Positions 17,676 to 25,191 of a stretch of DNA of 40,807 nucleotides are shown here, one piece after another. Numbering within the stretch: the stretch's first letter is position 1; the number at the start of each line of letters is the position of its first letter. A program made the translations under genes and the position numbers. Under the pieces are notes generated by a model, which did no database searches, was not told where the DNA came from, and saw only the letters and a program-made list of their open reading frames with translations. The DNA lies in the IMG/VR virus record IMGVR_UViG_3300050821_010761, positions 1-40,807 of that record, one strand, 5' to 3'. Origin of the DNA: a virus. Its lineage: Duplodnaviria > Heunggongvirae > Uroviricota > Caudoviricetes.

Positions 17676-19610
17676 ATGGCAGTAACCACTCCTGCTCAGG
17701 AATACAAACGACTTCGTTCGTATTTGAATCCTTATATTAAAGGACCAAATACTGATGCTGTGTTGAATGCCCTAGCTTCGTCCATGTCATCATATCTGAT
17801 CAATAATATTGCTGGTGTTAATGATCAGCTTTATATAGCTACTGCTTCTGGAACGTACCTCGATGAACGCTTAGCGCAGTACGGCATTTCTCGGCCTCCT
17901 AATGTTGGTTTATCTGATGAAATATTTAGTGAAATCGGTATTGCGGTTAAGAATCGTAAACAAGTAAGAGACTTAGTGAATATATTGCTAGACGCAATGT
18001 TTGGGGACGGATTCACCAAAGCTACTGATAGTTCTGGAGCAGTTGAACCATATAATTTGGCTAATGGCGATACTCTTATTATTAATTTTGATGGTGCCAA
18101 TACGGCAACTATCATTTTTAATACAGCAGAATTTCAAGATATCGCTGCTGCAACGGCACAAGAAGTTGCCGACGCTATCACCTCTTCTTTGAGAAGCCAA
18201 GGAATTTCTGGTAGTGCAATTTCAAATAACAATGGCAACGGCAATTACGTAGAGATTATAAGCAACACGATCGGCGCTTCCTCTAGCGTAACAGTCATGG
18301 GTGGCAGTGCTGAGAATGAACTACAATTTGCAGCAGTCGTTCCAGCTGGTGGAAATATGTCCACCCAATGGACCATATCCTTACAACCTGGCGGATTCGT
18401 TAGATTTACTTGGTCTGGCGGCGCTAATCCTAATACTGGTCTCTTAACTGATGGCAATTATGTCAATATTTTCGGTGGCGGATTCACTTCTTCTGATAAT
18501 GAGGGAACATATACTATTACTAGTTTCAAGGGTGGTGCAGTAAATGTGGCATACTTTGAAGTGGAAAATCCTTTGGGAACGAGTGGTATAGTGACGCAAG
18601 GTACTGATGATGCCGTATTATTTTATAATCCAGTTCGCAAAACGCTCATCAGCAATAGATCATATGCTGCCGTATATCAAGTACAAGCAAATATGCTTCA
18701 GATTTTTCTTCCAGTAACAACCACAGTCGTTAGACGTGGTCGCGAAGGTTCCGCTCACGTTCATTATCCTCCACAAGGCACTTTTGTTTTAAATGTAAAT
18801 CCAGCCAGCGGCGATATATTTTCTATCACTAGCACAGTATCTTTGGTTGCTGATGTTGATTTTATTATCGGTGCTACTCCTGCTGAGACTGTGCAAAATA
18901 TCATAGCAGCTATAAACACGGATATTCCAGGCTTAATAGCTACTGCAAATTCTACAGTTTCTGTTCAAGGTACTACTCTTTATGGCGATGCTGAGAATAC
19001 TCTTTTGATTCAATCCGATGATGATTCTTTAGTTCTGACCATTTCTTATACTGGTGCCGAAGACATCGTAGCGAGCGGTCCACTTGGAGCAAATGTCTCT
19101 TTAGAACCAAATCAATATGGTCCCTATTCTTATGATCTCACGCAAACTTTCACTGTGAGTAGTGTCAACACTACGTTAGAGCAAGAATTGGATGGAACAA
19201 AGCCGCGTGTAATTCAGGTAGCCAACTCTTCGGAGTTTCCGAATAGTATAGGATTTTTTATGCTTGGCTACGGCACGGAATTACAAGAGGGACCGATTCC
19301 TTATCTTGGGACACCTTCTGGCGATACACTTTTGATCAGTCCCGCTTATACGATTAAAAATACATTTCAGCCTGGTACCACTGTGTCATTGATTGCTCAA
19401 AATAACCCTCCTGTTTTGGCTACCGATGGATCTGACTGGGAATTTTTCCTAACTGATATCACAAGCGGAAGAATATATGCGCAAGATCTCATTCAATCAA
19501 TAACAGCTACTGGAATAAATGTAGTTTTTACAATTTTGTATCCATCGGACATTGGGCTCGGAAAATTTGGTACAATATATTCAGAAAATCCTATAGTGTG
19601 GGGGCCTTAA
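17676..19610 (+). CDS. Second baseplate wedge protein (gpI/gp7-like) with inserted domains
   Basis: 'IATASGTYLDERLAQYGISRP...LSDEIF' N-terminus and 'LIQSITATGINVVF' C-terminus fit tail protein I/DUF2612-type wedges. Directly follows baseplate J. Confidence 0.65.
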   Translation: MAVTTPAQEYKRLRSYLNPYIKGPNTDAVLNALASSMSSYLINNIAGVNDQLYIATASGTYLDERLAQYGISRPPNVGLSDEIFSEIGIAVKNRKQVRDLVNILLDAMFGDGFTKATDSSGAVEPYNLANGDTLIINFDGANTATIIFNTAEFQDIAAATAQEVADAITSSLRSQGISGSAISNNNGNGNYVEIISNTIGASSSVTVMGGSAENELQFAAVVPAGGNMSTQWTISLQPGGFVRFTWSGGANPNTGLLTDGNYVNIFGGGFTSSDNEGTYTITSFKGGAVNVAYFEVENPLGTSGIVTQGTDDAVLFYNPVRKTLISNRSYAAVYQVQANMLQIFLPVTTTVVRRGREGSAHVHYPPQGTFVLNVNPASGDIFSITSTVSLVADVDFIIGATPAETVQNIIAAINTDIPGLIATANSTVSVQGTTLYGDAENTLLIQSDDDSLVLTISYTGAEDIVASGPLGANVSLEPNQYGPYSYDLTQTFTVSSVNTTLEQELDGTKPRVIQVANSSEFPNSIGFFMLGYGTELQEGPIPYLGTPSGDTLLISPAYTIKNTFQPGTTVSLIAQNNPPVLATDGSDWEFFLTDITSGRIYAQDLIQSITATGINVVFTILYPSDIGLGKFGTIYSENPIVWGP

Positions 19611-19611
19611 T

Positions 19612-20040
19612 ATGGCAGGTCCAGTAATTCTCACAGGAGCTAATTGTAGGCTGTATGTGAATAATAAATTGTATAAACAAATTCAGGGCATATCGTTTAC
19701 TATTGATTATGGAGAAACGGAAATTTACGGAATCGACGTTCCTTATCCACAAGAAATTGGTAGCAATAAAGTTGTCATACGTGGTCAAGTTAGGGGAATG
19801 AGAGTGAAGTTGAGCGGTGGTTTACAAGCTGTAAGTTTAAGAACTTTATTTTACGATACCGCAGCGTCTCCATACATTTCTATTAGAATTCAGGATCGTG
19901 CAACTAGCGAAGATATTATTTTCATACCAAATGCCAAGGTTACTTTGGAATCTCATGAGATTCAGACCAAATCTACATACAAACTGAACTTTAATTTTGT
20001 TGGTCAGATACCCCTAATGGCTTTAGATAGATCAAACTAG
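19612..20040 (+). CDS. Tail tube-like protein (142 aa)
   Basis: Size and pattern 'ILTGANCRLYVNN...QGISFTIDYGETEIYGID.PYPQEI' resemble myovirus tube-fold proteins. Confidence 0.55.
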   Translation: MAGPVILTGANCRLYVNNKLYKQIQGISFTIDYGETEIYGIDVPYPQEIGSNKVVIRGQVRGMRVKLSGGLQAVSLRTLFYDTAASPYISIRIQDRATSEDIIFIPNAKVTLESHEIQTKSTYKLNFNFVGQIPLMALDRSN

Positions 20041-20138
20041 ATCTGCTTATTCGCAAAACCGACAGCGAGTATAATTGCTACTAGAAATACACCAAGCATC
20101 AGAGCGTATTTCCACTCATTTTTTCGTTTTAAGCCCAT
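20037..20138 (-). CDS. Small single-pass membrane peptide, 33 aa (MGLKRKNEWKYALMLGVFLVAIILAVGFANKQI); not in the ORF track
   Basis: ATG at 20138 overlaps the exonuclease 3' end. Basic N-terminus followed by a hydrophobic helix of about 19 residues. Its TAG overlaps the convergent tube gene stop in CTAG, so it fills the gap exactly. Confidence 0.55.
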   Translation of the reverse strand: MGLKRKNEWKYALMLGVFLVAIILAVGFANKQI

Positions 20139-20703
20139 CGTGCATCTTTCTGGTCAAATAGTACCAAATCGTGAAAGTATTTTTAGCATCTGTCAAAGCC
20201 CTATGCTTATCGCCTTCGAATGTTAAACCTAGCCTTTTCATCGAATCTGCAAGTCCACCAGCGTATTGACCGTCTTCAAATAGTTGAATGCTCTGAAAAA
20301 GCGTCTTAGCATCCAAAACTCGCCAGCCCATGAAATTCTCTTCAGGAGGCATGTCATCGTGGAGATCAATCCATTCGTTACAGAATTCTTCATACAAAGC
20401 TAAGCTATCGTTTCTTATCCCAGATCCCCATACCAAAGGATTCTTGAATGCTTTATGTTTTTTATGAAATTCTTTCAATTCGTTGAAAGCCTCTAGAATA
20501 CCTGGTGCATTCTTTACGTCTTGATCGCGAATGCCAGTTAGATTGGTTATATACTCGCTAATAGGTTCGCCTGGATTGACATATGTTTCAAAAGTCCCCA
20601 TACACGCTGCTGACCTGGCATCATAGACCGCAGCACCAATTTGAATGCATTTTCGGCTAGGTTGCATGTACTCACAGTCAAGGACCATTATTTTGCGCGA
20701 CAT
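20116..20703 (-). CDS. DEDDh 3'-5' exonuclease (DnaQ/RNase T-like)
   Basis: ExoI 'VLDCE...IQIGA', 'ITNLTGI', ExoII region 'WGSG...D' and ExoIII 'HRALTDAKNT'. Start placed at MSRKI, after a GGAG. Confidence 0.88.
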   Translation of the reverse strand: MSRKIMVLDCEYMQPSRKCIQIGAAVYDARSAACMGTFETYVNPGEPISEYITNLTGIRDQDVKNAPGILEAFNELKEFHKKHKAFKNPLVWGSGIRNDSLALYEEFCNEWIDLHDDMPPEENFMGWRVLDAKTLFQSIQLFEDGQYAGGLADSMKRLGLTFEGDKHRALTDAKNTFTIWYYLTRKMHDGLKTKK

Positions 20704-21136
20704 TTTCATCTCCAGGATCCAGATTATCACAAGTTATCATATTTTGGAAATGTTTACTTAGTTTCTTGCGGACGTTGAGAACGTACTTTAGATTTCTTGG
20801 ATGGCCAGGTTCTCGTCTACTTTCGTTAAACCGCCCAGCATTGAAAGCTGCAATAGTTTTGCACCAATTGTTGTAGCGGTCGTATTGATATTTCAAATAT
20901 AGGGCAGCATATCTTGCGTTGATCTTTGGATTCAGGAGTCCTTTTGGATTCCCTTCGTATCCAAGCATATGCGCAGTTTCGTATTTGACTTGGCAAATGC
21001 CTATGGAAGCGCTTCCACCGTCGTGTGGTACGACCACATTATTTAATCCAGTCTCATGAGTGCATACGGCCACAAGAATTACGCTCGAAATTTTCACCGA
21101 CTTAGCTGCGGTTATTAATATTTGAGTAAAATCCAT
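20678..21136 (-). CDS. Soluble lytic transglycosylase (SLT domain); candidate endolysin
   Basis: Catalytic 'HETG' (ES-like), 'SIGICQVKYETA' (GLMQ-like), 'LLNPKINARYAALYL' and 'AAFNAG' (AYNAG-like). GGAGG RBS before the ATG at 21136. Confidence 0.88.
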   Translation of the reverse strand: MDFTQILITAAKSVKISSVILVAVCTHETGLNNVVVPHDGGSASIGICQVKYETAHMLGYEGNPKGLLNPKINARYAALYLKYQYDRYNNWCKTIAAFNAGRFNESRREPGHPRNLKYVLNVRKKLSKHFQNMITCDNLDPGDENVAQNNGP

Positions 21137-21152
21137 TGAACCTCCAGGTATT

Positions 21153-21186
21153 AGCATAGCACAACTATGCCAAAAAGCAAAGATTC
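21153..21186 (-). promoter_or_regulatory. Candidate promoter for the SLT/exonuclease genes
   Basis: The minus strand reads GAATCT-TTGCTT-N16-TATGCT with an extended -10 TG (sigma70-like). It overlaps another AATCTT core and a GCATAG/CTATGC inverted repeat. Confidence 0.4.
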
Positions 21187-21209
21187 GATGTATTCTTTAA
21201 TAACTTCAG

Positions 21210-21593
21210 CTATTTAGATGGAACTTTGATGGGGCCTTGTACCTTATCGGGACTATATTTTTGGCCTTTTGTACGATTTTCACAACAATTGCATTTGCGG
21301 AAGTAATAAGTCTCGCCAGCCCTCATATAAAGGTTGATTTCGAGATAACCATCCAGGCATTTTTTACAACGCCATTCCTCTTTGAGCCGTTTAAGCATCT
21401 TTTCGGCACTTTCTTCCTGGTCTTCCCTGGCATAATGCTCTTCGATTATATTTTTTACATAACCGTGACGATCCAGGTCCAGTCTGGCTAACTGCTTTCT
21501 TATATTGGCGATTTCGCGTTTTAATCTTTTATTCTCGTATAGAGCTTCTTGAAGTCGAGTGTATTCTTTGTCGCCACGAATCGATTTGCCCAA
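21210..21593 (-). CDS. Coiled-coil protein with C-terminal zinc ribbon (127 aa)
   Basis: Start re-assigned to the TTG at 21593 (AAGGAG 6 nt upstream). Coiled coil followed by CKKC...CNCC. Confidence 0.65.
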   Translation of the reverse strand: MGKSIRGDKEYTRLQEALYENKRLKREIANIRKQLARLDLDRHGYVKNIIEEHYAREDQEESAEKMLKRLKEEWRCKKCLDGYLEINLYMRAGETYYFRKCNCCENRTKGQKYSPDKVQGPIKVPSK

Positions 21594-21610
21594 AGGTGTC
21601 TCCTTTTGAG

Positions 21611-21673
21611 TAAAGATTCGGTTTACATCGATTGTACGTGATATATCAGCTATAGGCAACTCCCAATCTTATT
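21611..21673. promoter_or_regulatory. Back-to-back AATCTT motifs flanking a TGATATATCA palindrome
   Basis: Minus-strand GAATCTTTA (21619-21611) points at the Zn-ribbon gene. TGATATATCA at 21639-21648. Plus-strand CAATCTTATT (21664-21673) points at the 994-aa gene. Confidence 0.6.
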
Positions 21674-21702
21674 GAGAGTAGCATGATATTGAGGAATAAA
21701 TA

Positions 21703-24687
21703 ATGGCAGTTCAGAGACGCGCTAACATTCTATCCCAAGAACGAATAGACGTTCCTCTATTTAGATCAATAGAATCAGCTGTTTCAAATGACTTTGATCA
21801 ATTAATTCAAGCCTTTGTAACCAATACCACTCAAGGATACATCCTTCGCGGATTTGAGATTCTAATGTCTGGCGCCATCGGTGGCGCCTCCAATGGTCTT
21901 TTGCTTGAAGTCGATCCTGGTGCTCTATTTCACATCGACGCTAGTCAATCTGGCACCGTCTACATGGTTCCCCCTGGAACGCCAAATCAACAACTTAACA
22001 GTGCAACAAATACCAATGTAACGGGTGCCTTTACCCCTAATGCCATCAATTACGTTGGTGTAGATTACGTTAGATTCTTAGATCCAACGACCGACGCCCA
22101 ATCATATTTCTGGGATCCTACTTCAAATAGTGAAACAACTATGATCGTTCCTCAGGCTGAAATCCTGACTTACACGATCAATATCTCGACTACTTCATGG
22201 CCATCAAATCTGCTTCCAATCGCTACAGTTACAACCGATGCTGGAAACAACGTTACGTCCATTACGGATGCTCGTTGGCTACTTTTTAGACTCGGAACTG
22301 GTGGCGCTAGCCCAAATCCTTTCTACGTTTATCCTTGGACTGCTCAGCCAGAAGGAAGGACGGAAAATCCCTCTACTTCTACTTCTAACAGCGTAAATCC
22401 TTTCGAGGGCGGCGACAAAATGCTGTTCTCCTTGAAGGATTGGATGAATGCCATCATGTCGGCGTTGGAAGAAATCAAAGGTACAACTTATTGGTATTCC
22501 GCCATATCTTCAACTGGTTCTCTGCTCTCTCTTAGAGAGGATATTGCTAATACAGTTGTTACTGGGAATACGACCATTTCTCATGGTATATTACCAAACG
22601 CTACTCCTATCCTTACTACGACTGGCAATATTACAGCAAGTTCAAACCAACTTACTTCTTTAGCTTCTACAGCTGGTATAGCAGCTGGACAAATGATTCT
22701 TGCAACTGGATTGCCATCTGGCACTACCGTTGTAAGTATTGCTGGCTCTACGGTTACGATGTCGGCAAATGCTGCCGTAAGTACTACTGGCGTTAGCGTT
22801 TCTTTTTACGATCCAGCCGTAGTCACTGCACCTGGTCAAATCAACTGGGCAAGCATTCCTGCTGGCGATGGGCAAATATATTTTAAACTTATCGGTTCTC
22901 AGCTAGCTTATCAGATTGCAGAAAATCCAAGTGGTTCTACCGTTACTCTTGCCGATGAAGAAGTAGCGTACATAACACTGACTAGAAATGTAGGCGTCAC
23001 GCCAAATTTATTCTTCACTGCCAATCCCATTCCCGATACAACTACCGTAGTTTCCATTGGTAACGTTGTGTGGACGACTGGGCTGATGGCTGGTGACTGG
23101 ATCAGGGCAACTGCCGACACTGATGCAAATTATTACGAAATTCATTCTGTAGATTCTCCCACTCAAGTCACTTTAACTGGCCAATATACTCCAGCTGGAC
23201 AGACTTCTTCTGGCGTTTTGGCTGTTTATGCTTATGGCGTTTATACTCTTCCAGGCGAGACAGATACGTCGCGTGATATGGTCATCGCCGCTAGACCAGA
23301 TGTTCCGATCAATGCCAATGTCGTTTGGTTATTATTTAGATCAGATGATGGCGGCTCCGTAGCTAGAGTTTACGTAAAATTCTTAGGCGCTGAGTTACAA
23401 GATGGCGATTCTATCGAATTGTCTGGTCCTCAACTTGATAACGTACTGCAATATATCGGTTCTCCGATTGAAAGCGCTACTGCTCCGAATTACACTTCCG
23501 CTCTATATCCTGGTTCAGTTCCCGAAATCACACAAATTACTACAGGCGCCGCATCAACCATGGCGTCCGATCAGTACTTCTACATTTACTCTTCTGGAAA
23601 TTTTAGAAATTATTACGTTTGGGCGAATATCAATGGTGGTGGCACGGATCCAAAACCCTTAGCCAATTACATCGGTATTGAATGGATCATCTCTTCTGGA
23701 ATGACCGCTGCTCAGGTAGCTTCTGCTCTTTCTACTGCCCTAAATGATAATCTCCCAAAAGATTTTTCAGCAAGCGTATCGTCAAATGTAGTTACAGTAA
23801 CGAATACTTCTGCTGGCACGACGAATGCTGCAACAAATGTAAACGTCGGTGCGCCCTTCGCTATTGCTGTCACACAAGCTGGTACTGGTCAGGGCAACTA
23901 TATTATTAAAGATGGCGATAATTTAACACTTGCCATAAAAGAACTCGATCAAGCTCTGGGCAATTTCGTAGAAGGTTTGGATAGTCCAAATTACGATGAA
24001 AATATTTTGATCGTTGCTTCTGGTGGATCTACTCCTCCATATGCTGGCAGCGGTGCTCCTGATTATAATCCAGTACTTTTGAATGGTCCAATTTCCGCAT
24101 CGACAAATATTACTTTGCCAGAAAACACAAGGCTTGGAAATATTCAAGCTTATTATACGGTTGGCAGTGGCAACTTAGAAGTTTATCTTAATGGTCAATA
24201 TCTGGAACTTGGTATTGATTGGCTTGAAGTTGGTGTTTCAGATGCTGCAAGCGCTCAAATAGAAATTTTACAATCTCTAGCAGTCGGCGACACATTAGAA
24301 TTCCGCATCGGAACAGGTGGCGGCGGTGGAGGCGGAGGCGGAGGACAAGGTCCTCCAGGACCAGCGGGACCTCCAGGACCAGCGGGATCAAATGCCGTTG
24401 GTGGCCCAATTTCCATATCGACCAAAACTGGAAATTATACGGTCATGTCGAGCGATAACGTATTGCTTGGAAATGCTACTAGCGGAAATATTACACTTTC
24501 TTTACCTACCGCAGCCTCTTCTACTGGCCGTGTATATTGGTTTAAGAAAGTAGATTCGTCGACTAATTCTGTAATTATTGCAGCAAACGGATCAGATCTT
24601 ATAGATGGTGCAAGTACTATCAGCTTGACAGTTCAATATCAATCGTTTCTTTTAGTCACCGACGGGACCGCCTGGAGTATATTCTAA
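21703..24687 (+). CDS. Baseplate/tail-fibre attachment protein (994 aa) with short collagen segment and C-terminal T4 gp9/gp10-like domain
   Basis: Thr/Ser/Gly-rich multidomain protein sharing modules with baseplate J. Ends in poly-Gly plus GPPGPAGPPGPAG and 'TKTGNYTV...ATSGNITLSLP...KKVDSSTNSV...IDG...TDGTAW'. Confidence 0.6.
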   Translation: MAVQRRANILSQERIDVPLFRSIESAVSNDFDQLIQAFVTNTTQGYILRGFEILMSGAIGGASNGLLLEVDPGALFHIDASQSGTVYMVPPGTPNQQLNSATNTNVTGAFTPNAINYVGVDYVRFLDPTTDAQSYFWDPTSNSETTMIVPQAEILTYTINISTTSWPSNLLPIATVTTDAGNNVTSITDARWLLFRLGTGGASPNPFYVYPWTAQPEGRTENPSTSTSNSVNPFEGGDKMLFSLKDWMNAIMSALEEIKGTTYWYSAISSTGSLLSLREDIANTVVTGNTTISHGILPNATPILTTTGNITASSNQLTSLASTAGIAAGQMILATGLPSGTTVVSIAGSTVTMSANAAVSTTGVSVSFYDPAVVTAPGQINWASIPAGDGQIYFKLIGSQLAYQIAENPSGSTVTLADEEVAYITLTRNVGVTPNLFFTANPIPDTTTVVSIGNVVWTTGLMAGDWIRATADTDANYYEIHSVDSPTQVTLTGQYTPAGQTSSGVLAVYAYGVYTLPGETDTSRDMVIAARPDVPINANVVWLLFRSDDGGSVARVYVKFLGAELQDGDSIELSGPQLDNVLQYIGSPIESATAPNYTSALYPGSVPEITQITTGAASTMASDQYFYIYSSGNFRNYYVWANINGGGTDPKPLANYIGIEWIISSGMTAAQVASALSTALNDNLPKDFSASVSSNVVTVTNTSAGTTNAATNVNVGAPFAIAVTQAGTGQGNYIIKDGDNLTLAIKELDQALGNFVEGLDSPNYDENILIVASGGSTPPYAGSGAPDYNPVLLNGPISASTNITLPENTRLGNIQAYYTVGSGNLEVYLNGQYLELGIDWLEVGVSDAASAQIEILQSLAVGDTLEFRIGTGGGGGGGGGGQGPPGPAGPPGPAGSNAVGGPISISTKTGNYTVMSSDNVLLGNATSGNITLSLPTAASSTGRVYWFKKVDSSTNSVIIAANGSDLIDGASTISLTVQYQSFLLVTDGTAWSIF
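24352..24387 (+). repeat. Perfect 18-nt tandem duplication (CCTCCAGGACCAGCGGGA x2) encoding collagen triplets
   Basis: Read directly from the sequence; follows a GC-rich poly-Gly tract. Confidence 0.9.
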
Positions 24688-25130
24688 TGGCATATAATCC
24701 AAATCTTTTCGGTGCTGGCGCCACCGTAGCAAATGCCAGCACATTATATCAGAATGGACAAGGTTCCACACTTGTCCAGGGTGCTCCAGTTAGTCTCAAT
24801 GGCGCTGGACAGGTAATTCTTACAGACGTGACCGATATCGCATCAGTCCAGGCTTTTATTGGCTTCGTTGGAACAACCATTGCGGCATCGGCTTATGGCT
24901 CAGTAGTTTCGACTGGAAGACTTACAAATTTATCTGGCTATTCTTTTGTTACTGGATTGCCAGTTTATATTGGTATTGGCGGTATCTTACAACAAACTAA
25001 GCCCGATTATGGCGTCACTAGCTTCCAGGCTGGAGATAGCATCATTTTTTGCGGAGTAATTGTAAATAATACAGCCAATCCTTCTAATCAGGATTTGCAG
25101 ATTTCCATTCAGAATTTCGGAGTCTTGTAA
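24687..25130 (+). CDS. DUF2190/capsid-cement-like small structural protein (147 aa)
   Basis: Pattern 'GAPVSLNGAGQV...FIGFV...IAASAYGSVVSTG...GLPVYIGIGGIL' is typical of trimeric decoration/cement domains. Confidence 0.5.
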   Translation: MAYNPNLFGAGATVANASTLYQNGQGSTLVQGAPVSLNGAGQVILTDVTDIASVQAFIGFVGTTIAASAYGSVVSTGRLTNLSGYSFVTGLPVYIGIGGILQQTKPDYGVTSFQAGDSIIFCGVIVNNTANPSNQDLQISIQNFGVL

Positions 25131-25143
25131 TGGGCCAAAGAAT

Positions 25144-25161
25144 CAATCTTATGATATATCA
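25144..25161 (+). promoter_or_regulatory. CAATCTTAT motif overlapping a TGATATATCA palindrome
   Basis: CAATCTTAT at 25144-25152 and TGATATATCA at 25152-25161, followed by a small GTAGT/ACTAC hairpin, a GGGAG RBS and the ATG at 25192. Confidence 0.55.
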
Positions 25162-25191
25162 AGTAGTCTACGTTACTACGGGAGTTAGCTA

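Noticed and set aside
5221-21136. Both the CPBP protease and the SLT begin with MDFTQ after a GGAGG RBS
   Set aside because: The similarity ends after five residues and the DNA differs, so it is most likely coincidence.
21594-21659. Extended N-terminus of the Zn-ribbon ORF given in the ORF track (similar extensions at 5993, 20730, 21157, 34980, 38561)
   Set aside because: Downstream starts have better RBS or overlap support, and the extensions run over regulatory motifs or neighbouring genes.
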